32,000 nt of DNA, from the NCBI GenBank assembly GCA_965247685.1, contig OZ252021.1:90001-122000 (forward strand), given 5' to 3'. How positions within the stretch are numbered: the first letter of the stretch is position 1; each line of letters begins with the position of its first letter. The DNA is from Bdellovibrionales bacterium (lineage in GTDB: Bacteria > Bdellovibrionota > Bdellovibrionia > Bdellovibrionales > UBA1609). Below, piece by piece: positions 1 to 9,364 of this stretch. Below the pieces are notes generated by a model. The model was given only the letters and a program-made list of their open reading frames with translations. It had not been told where the DNA came from and made no database searches. A program made the position numbers and the translations under genes.

Positions 1-207
1 AATGAAATAAATTTTATTACTGTCCAAATTCTCAATTAATTGATTGATAACTCGTTTCTGTAATTTTTTGGACAGTCGATTCTGACTGACATGGGTCGAT
101 AGATATTGATATTGAATAGAATTAATCTTTTCACAACTGAGATCATAAGCCCAAGAACAAAAAGAAAAACATAAAACTAGAACAAATATAAGTTTACTAT
201 ATATCAT
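1..207 (-). CDS. Partial CDS (N-terminus only, runs off the left edge): secreted protein, possibly a tail-specific / C-terminal processing protease
   Basis: Not in the supplied ORF track. The reverse complement of 207..1 is an open frame of 69 codons with no stop: MIYSKLIFVLVLCFSFCSWAYDLSCEKINSIQYQYLSTHVSQNRLSKKLQKRVINQLIENLDSNKIYFI. It has a signal-peptide-like start. The ATG lies 2 nt after the topA stop, with GGTGA just upstream. The ...LIENLDSNKIYFI segment resembles the N-terminal helical region of Prc/Ctp proteases, but this is recalled from memory only. Confidence 0.4.
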   Translation of the reverse strand, partial: MIYSKLIFVLVLCFSFCSWAYDLSCEKINSIQYQYLSTHVSQNRLSKKLQKRVINQLIENLDSNKIYFI

Positions 208-209
208 AA

Positions 210-2792
210 TCACCGCACATAACTTGCCTTTTTGGACTTCTTATCCTTTTTTAACATAGAAAGATTCTTCACATCAATCTTGTTTTTTTTAACAACTGTA
301 CCCAGTAGCTGGACAGCCTGTTTGAGATCAATAGAAGCTACAGATATCTCTTTCGGTACAGAAATCCTTTGAGAACCACTTTGAATATAAGGTCCATATT
401 TACCGTCTAATATTTGAATAGGTTTTTCAGTACCTGGATGCACACCAATATCTTTTAATACTTTCTTACTTCTTGTTTTTTTAGGTTCTTTCAAAATAGA
501 TAAAGCCTGTTCTAAAGTTATATTAAAGAAATCATCTATGGAACGTACCGAACGAAAATCTCCATCATGTACAATATAAGGGCCAAACCTTCCAATACCT
601 TTTTTAACCTCTTTAGAAGTCTCTGGATGAACCCCTAAAGCTTCTGGAAGTTTTAATAGCTTTAATGCCATCTCTAAATCCACTATATCTGAATCCAGAT
701 CTCTGGGAATAGAGACTCTCTTTACATCAGATTTTTTATCTTCTGCGTCTCCTCTTTGTACATAAGGACCATACTTGCCTGTAAGTACATAAACAGGCTG
801 ATTCGTTTCCGGATCACTACCTAAACTATCATGACCTTTTTCTTTTTTATCCATAAGATCCATTAAAAACTCCTTGGTTAAATCTGAGGGGTAAACATTC
901 ATAGGAAGAGAAGATGACACATCTTTTTTACCTTTGCTATATGTCACATAAGATCCATAAGGACCTGCAGAAAAAACAAAATCCGAAAGCCCATCAAAAG
1001 TCATTGATCGGCTATTAGAATCAACTTTATGATTTTCTACTTGTTTTTTGAGTCCTTTAGATCCAAGAAAAAATTGTTTTAAAAACTGAATGGATTCTTT
1101 TTTACCCACAGCAATATCGTCTAAAATTTGTTCCATATCTGAAGTGAATTGACGACTGACATAATTAGGAAAATGATCAGTCAAAAATTTCGTGACAATA
1201 ATACCTGTCATTGTTGGAATAAGAGCGTTTTTATCCTTAAAAACATATCCTCTTTTTTGTATGGTCGCAATAATAGCGGCATAGGTAGAAGGTCGGCCAA
1301 TGCCCTCTTTTTCTAATGTCTGAACTAAGGAAGCTTCAGTATAACGTGCGAGAGGTCGAGTTTCATGATCGGATTCTTTAACACTCTTACAAGAAAGCTT
1401 ATCCGAAGCTTTTAAAGATGGTAATGGATTTTCTTTAATATCAGAATCTCCACTTTGATAGATTTTATAAAAACCATCAAACACAGTTTGAGTCCCAGAA
1501 AGAGAAAAAACAGCTTCATTCTTGGATGCAGTCACACGAGCAGAAACTCTTTTTTGCTGACAGTCTTCTGCCTGACTAGCCAAAGTTCTTTGCCAAATAA
1601 TTTGATAAAGTTTTAAAAGGTAACCTGTAAGCCCTGCATCTTTAGGATGAACAAAAGGAGTGCCTGCTGGACGAATCGCCTCATGAGCTTCTTGAGCTCC
1701 CTTAGATTTATTTTTATAAATCCGAGGTTGAGCGGGCAGATATTCTTTTCCGTATAAGCTTTGAATAGCTTTACGACTAGATTGAATAGCCTGCTGAGAT
1801 AAAAATACTGCATCTGTTCTCATATAAGTAATAAAACCTCTCTCATAAAGTTTTTGCGCTAAGTTCATTGTTTCCTTAGTGCTGAGAGAAAGTTTACGAT
1901 TTGCTTCTTGCTGCAAAGTGGATGTTGTGAAGGGAGGTTGAGGTTTTTTTGTATGCATCTGCGTCTTTACATCTGAAACCTCATAGGACAAAGATTGAAG
2001 CTCCTTGACCAGCTCCTTGGCCTTTTTTGAATCCAAAAGCAACTTGTTATTTTTCTTCTTAAATTCCCCCGTATTCCGATCAAAGTCAGAACTCGAAGCA
2101 ACATCTTTACCTTTATATGAAGTCAATTGAGCTACAAAAATTTGCTTCCCTTTATTAAAATTTCCCTCGATGCTCCAGTATTGAGATTTTTTAAATTTCA
2201 TTCGAAGAAGCTCACGCTCACTGATCAGCTTCACAGACACTGACTGAACTCTTCCGGCAGAAAGCCCACGAGCGACATGCTTCCAGAGTACTGGAGAAAG
2301 AGTGTAGCCCACCAATCGATCCAAAATACGACGTGTTTCCTGCGCATACACTAAATTTTTATCAATGCTGCGAAAGTTTTTAAGAGATTCTTTGATAGCT
2401 TCTTCAGTGATCTCATGAAAGACCATCCTTTTAAACTTCAACTTTGGAGATTTTAATATCTCATGCAAATGCCAACTAATACTTTCTCCTTCTCGATCTT
2501 CATCAGTAGCCAGTATCACTTCCTCTACATCTTTGGATTTTTTCTTTAACTGATTAACCACTTTAGTCTTAGATGAAGGAATACAGTAAATGGGTTTAAA
2601 CTCATCTTCCACATTCACACCAAGTCGTGACCATTTATATTTTTTATATTTTTCAGGAATATCCTTAGAAGACTCTGGAAGATCACGAAGATGACCCATA
2701 CAGAATTCCACTTCGTACCCCGCCCCTAAAAATTTCTTAATAGTACGAGCTTTAGTAGGTGACTCTACAATAACCAGTTTTTTATTACCCAT
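210..2792 (-). CDS. topA: DNA topoisomerase I (type IA)
   Basis: 860-aa ORF. It has a Toprim start (KKLVIVESPTKARTIKKFLG), the acidic motif ATDEDREGE, and active-site Tyr context GFITYMRTD. The C-terminal region carries repeated G(K/R)(Y/F)GPY motifs and a Lys-rich tail rather than Cys4 zinc fingers. Confidence 0.95.
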   Translation of the reverse strand: MGNKKLVIVESPTKARTIKKFLGAGYEVEFCMGHLRDLPESSKDIPEKYKKYKWSRLGVNVEDEFKPIYCIPSSKTKVVNQLKKKSKDVEEVILATDEDREGESISWHLHEILKSPKLKFKRMVFHEITEEAIKESLKNFRSIDKNLVYAQETRRILDRLVGYTLSPVLWKHVARGLSAGRVQSVSVKLISERELLRMKFKKSQYWSIEGNFNKGKQIFVAQLTSYKGKDVASSSDFDRNTGEFKKKNNKLLLDSKKAKELVKELQSLSYEVSDVKTQMHTKKPQPPFTTSTLQQEANRKLSLSTKETMNLAQKLYERGFITYMRTDAVFLSQQAIQSSRKAIQSLYGKEYLPAQPRIYKNKSKGAQEAHEAIRPAGTPFVHPKDAGLTGYLLKLYQIIWQRTLASQAEDCQQKRVSARVTASKNEAVFSLSGTQTVFDGFYKIYQSGDSDIKENPLPSLKASDKLSCKSVKESDHETRPLARYTEASLVQTLEKEGIGRPSTYAAIIATIQKRGYVFKDKNALIPTMTGIIVTKFLTDHFPNYVSRQFTSDMEQILDDIAVGKKESIQFLKQFFLGSKGLKKQVENHKVDSNSRSMTFDGLSDFVFSAGPYGSYVTYSKGKKDVSSSLPMNVYPSDLTKEFLMDLMDKKEKGHDSLGSDPETNQPVYVLTGKYGPYVQRGDAEDKKSDVKRVSIPRDLDSDIVDLEMALKLLKLPEALGVHPETSKEVKKGIGRFGPYIVHDGDFRSVRSIDDFFNITLEQALSILKEPKKTRSKKVLKDIGVHPGTEKPIQILDGKYGPYIQSGSQRISVPKEISVASIDLKQAVQLLGTVVKKNKIDVKNLSMLKKDKKSKKASYVR

Positions 2793-2802
2793 GAGTATCT
2801 CT

Positions 2803-3024
2803 TTATTTATGCCTATAAACTATCAATCCGTTAGTAAAATCATGATGAGAAAAACCGACCGTTACTTTATCTCCCACGACTACTTGAATATTATAACGGC
2901 GCATTTTACCACAAAGTTTCGCAGAAACTTCAGATTGGTTCTCATTGAGGCGAATTTTGTAGGTACCTTTCGGGCAAATCTGCGTAATTTCCCCTTCTAA
3001 CTGGACTAAATCACTCTTAGACAT
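2803..3024 (-). CDS. infA: Translation initiation factor IF-1
   Basis: 73-aa S1/OB-fold protein with the typical IF-1 layout (..LEGEI.....G.Y.I.L.N......AKLCGKMRRYNI.VVVGDKV.V..). It is tightly packed between the H1-like gene and topA on the same strand. Confidence 0.92.
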   Translation of the reverse strand: MSKSDLVQLEGEITQICPKGTYKIRLNENQSEVSAKLCGKMRRYNIQVVVGDKVTVGFSHHDFTNGLIVYRHK

Positions 3025-3025
3025 A

Positions 3026-3907
3026 TTATTTTTGTTTCCCTAAATTGTTAGAAGCCAGATATTTTTTGGAGTCTTCGAAGAGAACTTCTAGTCGATTATT
3101 GCGTACAGACAAGATATAACCCCAACCAAATACCTTATGTGCTAGAGGAACTTTTGAAGAATAAATTTTAGAAATATTATAAGACTCTGCAGATTCATCT
3201 TTGAGTTTGTTATGCAAAGCCATCCACCGTTTATGTTCTTCATTTTTTATTTTTTGATCAGCTAACTTCGCTTTTGTTAGCCTCTTTGCTTTTTTAACTT
3301 TTGTGGGTTTTTGAACAGAATCTTGCGATTTCGTTGCTTTTTTCTTTTTCGCTTTCGCAGCTTTTTGAGTGGAAACTTTTGCTTTTAAACTCACTTTAGA
3401 CTTTGCTGGAGTTTTAGTTTTAGATGAACTACGAGTCTTAGATAGACTGACTTTAGTTTTACTTGTTTTTTTAATCTCCTTTTTAGCAGACACACTTGTA
3501 GATGCAGGTGTTTTTTTAACCTGCTTTTTAACAGATACACTTTTAGATACAGGTGTTTTTTTAGCCTGCTTTTTAGCAGATACACTTTTAGATACAGGTG
3601 TTTTTTTAGCCTGCTTTTTAGCAGACACACTTTTAGATACAGGTGTTTTTTTAGCCTGCTTTTTAGCAGACACACTTTTAGATACAGGTGTTTTTTTAGC
3701 CTGCTTTTTAACAGACACACTTTTAGATACAGGTGTTTTTTTAGCCTGCTTTTTAACAGATACACTTTTAGATACAGGTGTTTTTGTAGCCTGCTTTTTA
3801 ACAGATACACTTGTAGATACAGGTGTTTTTTTAGCCTGCTTTTTAGCAGATACACTTTTGGATGCAACTTTAGTTTTATTTGTTTTTTTATTTTTCTTAG
3901 TCGACAC
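3026..3907 (-). CDS. Lys-rich histone-H1-like repeat protein with a small C-terminal HxxFGxGxV (Tudor/DUF3553-like) domain
   Basis: 293-aa ORF. Residues ~22-141 are eight tandem 15-aa units KKQAKKTPVSKSVS(A/V) plus degenerate flanking units. The C-terminus, AHKVFGWGYILSVRNNRLEVLFEDSKKYLASNN, resembles the small C-terminal domain seen on UvrD/PcrA-type helicases. The other two long ORFs over this stretch are alternative frames of the same repeat. Confidence 0.75.
   Translation of the reverse strand: MSTKKNKKTNKTKVASKSVSAKKQAKKTPVSTSVSVKKQATKTPVSKSVSVKKQAKKTPVSKSVSVKKQAKKTPVSKSVSAKKQAKKTPVSKSVSAKKQAKKTPVSKSVSAKKQAKKTPVSKSVSVKKQVKKTPASTSVSAKKEIKKTSKTKVSLSKTRSSSKTKTPAKSKVSLKAKVSTQKAAKAKKKKATKSQDSVQKPTKVKKAKRLTKAKLADQKIKNEEHKRWMALHNKLKDESAESYNISKIYSSKVPLAHKVFGWGYILSVRNNRLEVLFEDSKKYLASNNLGKQK
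3485..3844. repeat. Intragenic tandem repeat, 45-bp period, about 8 copies
   Basis: The unit (plus strand) cctgctttttagcagacacacttttagatacaggtgtttttttag recurs head-to-tail with a few substitutions. It encodes the KKQAKKTPVSKSVSA units of the 3026-3907 CDS. Confidence 0.9.
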
Positions 3908-4047
3908 TACAACCCTTCCACTATAATCATTTTAAAAATTAAAATTTTAACTATTTTATTATTCTAACACCAAAAAAGCAACTCTAGTCTACATAATCAT
4001 TGCAATTTTAAAGCCTTCCAAATAGACTCTTTCACACAAAACTCTAA

Positions 4048-5580
4048 ATGATTATCAACATGAACAAACTCTATATCACAACTCCTCTCTATTATGTCAA
4101 TGACAAGCCTCATGCGGGAACGGCATATTCCACCATCCTTTCGGACATTCATAACCGATATGCTCAGTTTTTTTCCAAAGAGACCTATTTTTTGACTGGA
4201 GTAGATGAGCATGGTCAAAAATGCCAACAAGTCGCCCTTTCCCTCAAAAAAGACCCTCAACAACATTGTGATGAAATGGCCGAAGTGTTCAAAAAAACAT
4301 GGAAAAGTCTCAATATTGGTTATAACCAATTCTATCGCACAAGCTCTTCACAGCATAAAAAGCAAGTACAGAAGGCCTTACAAAAGCTTTTCGACGACGG
4401 ATGGATTTATTCTGCTGTCTATGAAGGATGGTATTGTGTTAGTGAAGAAATTTTTTACCAGGAAAAAGATCTCGTAAATGGTCTTTCTCCTAATGGTAAA
4501 CCTGTCACTCAAATTAAAGAGAAGAATTATTTTTTCAAAATGTCTCATTTTAAAACTCAATTGATGGATCATTTGAAAAAAAACCCTCATTTTATTTTTC
4601 CATCTTTTCGACAAAATGAGGTTTTAGGTTTCCTTAAAAAGGATTTAGAGGACCTCTGCATCAGCCGCCCTAAAACAAGACTGCAATGGGGAGTGACTCT
4701 TCCCTTTGACTCCGATTATGTGGCCTATGTATGGGTGGACGCCCTGCTCAACTATGTTTTTGCAATAAATCTGTGGGATGAATCTCAACAATCTCCACAA
4801 TTTCAAGATTACTGGAGTTCGGCTATACATATCATTGGAAAAGATATTTTAGTGACTCATGCTGTCTACTGGCCGTGTTTACTACTAGCTCTAGGCCTCC
4901 AGCTTCCCAAACAAATCGTCAGTCATGGTTGGCTTCTGAATAAGGATCAAAAAAAAATGAGTAAATCTGAAGGAGATACTCTATCTCCTGATGAAATTGT
5001 ACAAGATTGGGGCGAAGATATTTTGAGATATTATTTTGCAAAGGCTGTACGTTTTGGACAAGATGCTTTTATTTCTAAATCTTTGATTCTTAAAGAATAC
5101 AATCAAGATTTAGCAAACAATCTAGGAAATCTACTCCAACGTGTAACCACCCTTCTTGAAAGAGTTCAAGACGGAAAAATCCCTATTCCCCCAAAAAATG
5201 ATCTTCCTTTGCAGAAACAAGGTATTCAATTATGTCAAAAAGTAAAAACAAATATTGAATCTTTTGCCTTTCACTCCGCTCTTTTTGATATTACAAATTA
5301 CCTGAATCAAGCAAATAAATATCTAGAAGAAACAGAACCTTGGAAGCTTATCAAAAAAGATAAAGAAAAAACTCTAGAGATCCTATATGTAGCCTTAGAT
5401 GTGATTCGAATTTCTACCAGTTTACTTCAGCCTGTTATACCTCGATCGGCTCAAAAAATTTTAAAAAGAATTGGACTTCAAGCCCAAAGTTTTGAACAGA
5501 CTCAACAAACTCACCAGCTCCCCACAGGTTTCAAAATGATCAAACAAGAAGCCATCTTCCCGCGTATTCAATCTTTATAA
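4048..5580 (+). CDS. metG: Methionyl-tRNA synthetase (short form, no C-terminal tRNA-binding extension)
   Basis: 510 aa. Class I HIGH-type motif (YYVNDKPHAGTAYS), KMSKS motif (DQKKMSKSEGD), and an anticodon-binding helical C-terminus. An alternative in-frame ATG lies at 4060. Confidence 0.93.
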   Translation: MIINMNKLYITTPLYYVNDKPHAGTAYSTILSDIHNRYAQFFSKETYFLTGVDEHGQKCQQVALSLKKDPQQHCDEMAEVFKKTWKSLNIGYNQFYRTSSSQHKKQVQKALQKLFDDGWIYSAVYEGWYCVSEEIFYQEKDLVNGLSPNGKPVTQIKEKNYFFKMSHFKTQLMDHLKKNPHFIFPSFRQNEVLGFLKKDLEDLCISRPKTRLQWGVTLPFDSDYVAYVWVDALLNYVFAINLWDESQQSPQFQDYWSSAIHIIGKDILVTHAVYWPCLLLALGLQLPKQIVSHGWLLNKDQKKMSKSEGDTLSPDEIVQDWGEDILRYYFAKAVRFGQDAFISKSLILKEYNQDLANNLGNLLQRVTTLLERVQDGKIPIPPKNDLPLQKQGIQLCQKVKTNIESFAFHSALFDITNYLNQANKYLEETEPWKLIKKDKEKTLEILYVALDVIRISTSLLQPVIPRSAQKILKRIGLQAQSFEQTQQTHQLPTGFKMIKQEAIFPRIQSL

Positions 5581-5624
5581 ACTTAATTTATTAATTTAAT
5601 GACCAAAAATATCATAAAAATATC

Positions 5625-5646
5625 AATGGAAGAATAAGCTTCCATT
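5625..5646 (+). terminator. Possible metG terminator hairpin
   Basis: An 8-bp perfect stem, aatggaag/cttccatt, with a 6-nt loop sits 45 nt after the metG stop. The downstream T-tract is weak. Confidence 0.3.
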
Positions 5647-5874
5647 CTATTCCGGCAAAAGACATCCTTGTCTTACTTTTATTACTCATCCTAATTTCTA
5701 TAAAAGCACCGGAATAAAATTACAGCTAACATGAACACTTTTCTTTTTCTTGTAAAGAAAAAATATTAAATGAACTGAGGCATTAAATACCATGCATAAA
5801 TTAATTTTTAAAAAATCTTTCTTAGAGTATGTGTCAAAATTTTTTGGAATAGAGGGTCAATTCTTTTTGATACT

Positions 5875-7110
5875 ATGTGTTTTATAATTCAATGTGTAGT
5901 GTTATATTTCCAATATAAAAGGGAGTTCAATTTGAAAACAGGATTCGAAGTTTTTATAGAAAATAAGAAATTAAGAAGTGCACTTCAGAATCAAAGAGTA
6001 GCTTATCTAGGAAACCCCGCTTCCGTCACTCAAAAATTAATACATTCACTCGATGTGTTAAAAGATCAAGATGATCTGAGTGTGACATGTTTATTGAGTC
6101 CTCAACATGGTCTGCAGGGTGTAGAACAGGCCAACATGATTGAAAGCTCTCATACTGTTTTAAAAGATTTGCCTGTTTTCAGTTTATATACACATAAGAC
6201 TCGTAAAATGACTTCCGACCAGTTGAATCATTTTGATGTACTCCTGGTCGATCTTCAGGATGTAGGGTGTCGAGTTTACACCTTTGTAACCACAATGATC
6301 TATGCTCTTCATTCTTGTGCAGAAAGTAATAAATCGGTATGGATACTAGATCGTCCCAATCCTGTAGGACGCAGTGTGGAAGGCTCTTTCATCCAAGATG
6401 ATTTTCGAAGTATGGTTGGAGCATGGAAATACCCCATGCGTTATGGTCTAACTATAGGGGAGCTTGCGAAAATGTATGTCAGCCTTGAAAAGCTAAAACT
6501 GAATTTACAGGTTGTACAAATGCAAAACTATAACCCCCATATAGGGTGGCCTAAGGATCGAACTTGGATTGCTCCCAGCCCTAATATGACAGATGTGGAG
6601 TGTGCAAGATGTTATAGTGGTACTGTTTTACTGGAAGGAACTCAAGTCTCTGAAGGAAGAGGCACGACAACTCCTTTAAAAGTTTTTGGTTTTCCGAATA
6701 TGAATATCGCCAAAATTCTATCTTTGATGAATCATTCTAATATTCTTGATGGATGCACAGTAAGACCATGTTTTTTTAAACCCACTTTTGACAAATTTAA
6801 AGATCAATTATGCTCAGCCATACAAATTCATGCTGACCATCACCATTACAACGAAAACTTATTTCGCCCCTATCGAATGATTTGTTTATTTTTAAAAGCT
6901 GTGAGCACTCTTTGTCCAGATTGGAACTGGCTCCTATCCCCTCCCTACGAATATGAATATAAAAAATGGCCTATAGATATTTTATCTGGAGATTCTTTTT
7001 TGAGAAAGTGGGCTCAAGATTCTAATTCCTCTTATAATGAATGTGATGAGAAACTCTCAAAAGATGAGAAACAATGGAAAGAACTGATTCAATCTTTTTA
7101 TCTCTATTAA
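5875..7110 (+). CDS. DUF1343 family protein (NamZ-like exo-beta-N-acetylmuramidase family)
   Basis: Family-typical blocks are present: LSPQHGLQG, LPVFSLY, FDVLLVDLQDVGCRVYTF, WILDRPNPVG and RYGLTIGELAKMY. The real start is probably the in-frame TTG at 5932, which is preceded by GGGAG (5921-5925). The first 19 codons of the ATG-initiated ORF look non-native. Confidence 0.85.
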   Translation: MCFIIQCVVLYFQYKREFNLKTGFEVFIENKKLRSALQNQRVAYLGNPASVTQKLIHSLDVLKDQDDLSVTCLLSPQHGLQGVEQANMIESSHTVLKDLPVFSLYTHKTRKMTSDQLNHFDVLLVDLQDVGCRVYTFVTTMIYALHSCAESNKSVWILDRPNPVGRSVEGSFIQDDFRSMVGAWKYPMRYGLTIGELAKMYVSLEKLKLNLQVVQMQNYNPHIGWPKDRTWIAPSPNMTDVECARCYSGTVLLEGTQVSEGRGTTTPLKVFGFPNMNIAKILSLMNHSNILDGCTVRPCFFKPTFDKFKDQLCSAIQIHADHHHYNENLFRPYRMICLFLKAVSTLCPDWNWLLSPPYEYEYKKWPIDILSGDSFLRKWAQDSNSSYNECDEKLSKDEKQWKELIQSFYLY

Positions 7111-7156
7111 TTTAAACTAGTAGAATATTTTTTATTTGAAAGCTCAAGAATCTATT
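7105..7156. repeat. Direct repeat copy 1 (~52 bp), includes the stop codon of the DUF1343 gene
   Basis: tattaatttaaactagtagaatattttttatttgaaagctcaagaatctatt matches 7265-7316 with 2 mismatches, at an offset of exactly 160 bp. Confidence 0.9.
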
Positions 7157-7264
7157 TATGAATTTTATTTTTAAGACCAGACGTCCATTTAAAACATCTG
7201 TTTGAAAAAATATGCAATCAAAAAATTTTAAACCATATCAACATTCCGTCATAAGGAGTGTTTA

Positions 7265-7316
7265 TATTAATTTAAACTAGTAGAATATTTTTTATTTGGA
7301 AGCTCAAGAATCCATT
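7265..7316. repeat. Direct repeat copy 2 (~52 bp), encodes the last residues and stop of the transglycosylase gene
   Basis: tattaatttaaactagtagaatattttttatttggaagctcaagaatccatt. The reverse complement encodes ..ILELPNKKYSTSLN*. Confidence 0.9.
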
Positions 7317-9318
7317 CTGGAAAGTGCATGGTTTTTTCAGGAGTATTGAGAATTTTATAGATGATAAAGTTTCTCATAATCAGCTTCACATAGTATTGCG
7401 TTTCTCTGTAAGGAATATTTTGGATAAATTCCGTAGGATCTTTTGTAGAAAATTTATCGAGCCAATGCAGTACAGGTTTTTGTCCTGCATTGTAAATAGC
7501 TGCATTTAGAATAAAATAATTCCCATACCGACCAAAAACATCTTTGAGATGTGCAGTGCCAATAAGAATATTCAGTTTAGGATTATATAAATCTCGAACA
7601 CCTCTGTAAGTAATACCTTGCTTTCTAGCTGTGTATTTCGCAACTCGAGGAAGCACTTGCATCAACCCCATTGCATCCGCAGGACTTCTCGCCTTTGGAT
7701 TAAATGCTGATTCCTGTCTTATGATAGAGTAGATCATCTCTGCTGGAGCGCTAAATAACTCCTCTGCTTTTTTTACTTCTTCTTGATAAATCTGAGGAAA
7801 AAGAATATCTGCATAATTTTTCATAAAAATATTTTTCTCTTTGGTAGGCAGTCCACCAATAAACTTAAAGAAAGGTAAATAAAGACCAGCTTGAGCTGAT
7901 TTTTTAAACAATCGAAACATGTCACCGTAATTTACGATTTTGCGCTTTTTATATTCTGAAATCTTATGCTGCATAAAAGACAGAACAAGATCATTTTCTC
8001 CAGCCATGATTAAATGATCCACAATCTGGTAAGAATCGTTCTTTTGGGATTGAACTTCTTGAGATTTATTATCCGTTTTCAAAGATAAAGGAGTTTTAGT
8101 GTAATAGTGACTGAGCATTCCGTGATAATCTAGGGGAGATTCTTCGATCAGTTGATTAAAAAGTTTTCGAGCGAATCTTCTTTTATTTAAATCATTGAAA
8201 GTCTGAGCTTTCCAGTAAATGTATCTGGGAGTAAACGGAAAAGAGTCTATCAGCTCTTGGAAAACTTTTAAAGCTTCTTCTCTTTTTTTTACTTTCCTTA
8301 AATTCCAAGCCAAACTCCATAGCATATTTTCATATAATTCATTCTCTTTATCGGAGTTTTTTTGAAGACTTTTTCTAAAGTATCCCACAGCTTGTTGATT
8401 TTGATTAATATTCTCGTGTATTTTCCCTTTCAACCAGTAAATTTCCATCAGAGGAGCTCCCTTTTGCTTCTCTAAAAGAGATAAAATTCTTAAAGCTTTT
8501 TTTGGCCGATCAATATTCCAGTACTTCTTAGCTAAAGAAATTTGGCTCTTGAAAAAATATTTTTTAGTTTTTGAATGAGTGTACATATATCTTCTTTGAA
8601 AAATATCATACTGCTGAACAGCTCTTTGATACCTTACCCTTTGACGAGTGATATTATAGAGCCACTGAAGAGCTTGAAAGCATTCTTGCTTCATCCCTAT
8701 CGTGGATTTTTTAGAATTTAAAACTTTTCTATAATAGTTAATAGCAGAGTTGTATAAGCTTCTCTTTTTATAATCACGAGCAACACTCAAATAGTCCTTC
8801 CTCTGAGGTCGAGGATTTCGACTGGGGGATAGAATATAAAGCCTTTTTCTTAAACGACTCAATTGTTTTAATTTATTCTCACCAGCTACCTTAATTGCAT
8901 GTTGAAGGTATCTAATCTTTTCATTTCTATCTTTAGAAAAACGACTCATATCCTGAGCATATTGAACAAACTTTCCAACATCCTTTTGTTGAGAAGCTCT
9001 ATGAAAGGAAGCTTCGATAGCTTCTTTCTTAAGCCATAAAGGAAACTGACTCCAATGAAACTTTCCAACTGAATGCTCAAGACACATCCTATAAAAACGA
9101 ATATATGAAACATCCTTTAAAGTAAAATCTTTTTTATCTGCTAATTCTTTTAGAGTTAAACAGTCTTTATTTTTTTTGGCAGAAATATATTTCTGAACTA
9201 ACTGTTCAGAGTTTTGTGTTGTAAAAAAAAGAAAACCAAAAGAGGGCAGTATAAAAACCAAACTGAGAAAAATTTTTCCACTTTGAAATAATCTGTTACT
9301 TGTTGATTGATCTTCCAT
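7267..9318 (-). CDS. slt: Soluble lytic murein transglycosylase (Slt70-like)
   Basis: 683 aa. It has an N-terminal hydrophobic signal, a long helical-repeat region, and a C-terminal SLT domain with the catalytic block IIRQESAFNPKARSPADAMGLMQV and AAIYNAG. Confidence 0.88.
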   Translation of the reverse strand: MEDQSTSNRLFQSGKIFLSLVFILPSFGFLFFTTQNSEQLVQKYISAKKNKDCLTLKELADKKDFTLKDVSYIRFYRMCLEHSVGKFHWSQFPLWLKKEAIEASFHRASQQKDVGKFVQYAQDMSRFSKDRNEKIRYLQHAIKVAGENKLKQLSRLRKRLYILSPSRNPRPQRKDYLSVARDYKKRSLYNSAINYYRKVLNSKKSTIGMKQECFQALQWLYNITRQRVRYQRAVQQYDIFQRRYMYTHSKTKKYFFKSQISLAKKYWNIDRPKKALRILSLLEKQKGAPLMEIYWLKGKIHENINQNQQAVGYFRKSLQKNSDKENELYENMLWSLAWNLRKVKKREEALKVFQELIDSFPFTPRYIYWKAQTFNDLNKRRFARKLFNQLIEESPLDYHGMLSHYYTKTPLSLKTDNKSQEVQSQKNDSYQIVDHLIMAGENDLVLSFMQHKISEYKKRKIVNYGDMFRLFKKSAQAGLYLPFFKFIGGLPTKEKNIFMKNYADILFPQIYQEEVKKAEELFSAPAEMIYSIIRQESAFNPKARSPADAMGLMQVLPRVAKYTARKQGITYRGVRDLYNPKLNILIGTAHLKDVFGRYGNYFILNAAIYNAGQKPVLHWLDKFSTKDPTEFIQNIPYRETQYYVKLIMRNFIIYKILNTPEKTMHFPEWILELPNKKYSTSLN

Positions 9319-9364
9319 AATCTCCTTTTATATCTCCTGAAGCAAACTCACCTTCCAAGTTATT

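Noticed and set aside
2791-3000. 69-aa plus-strand ORF opposite infA
   Set aside because: It is fully antisense to the well-conserved IF-1 coding sequence, with no independent support.
3485-3844. Regular 45-bp periodicity that could be mistaken for a CRISPR array
   Set aside because: There is no alternation of conserved repeats with unique spacers, because the whole 45-bp unit is repeated. The region is in frame inside a CDS, and no cas genes or leader are present.
3369-3926. Long ORFs 3369-3926 (+) and 3391-3867 (-) over the Lys-rich repeat
   Set aside because: They are alternative frames of the 45-bp repeat. Their products are repetitive low-complexity Leu/Phe or Leu/Lys/Tyr strings with no start context. 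The 3026-3907 frame alone continues into a non-repetitive folded C-terminus.
3997-4329. 110-aa minus-strand ORF overlapping the metG start, plus other short ORFs nested in metG, topA, ftsH, slt, htpX and comM
   Set aside because: All are antisense or out of frame within strongly supported conserved genes. They have no recognisable motifs, which is typical of spurious ORFs in AT-rich DNA.
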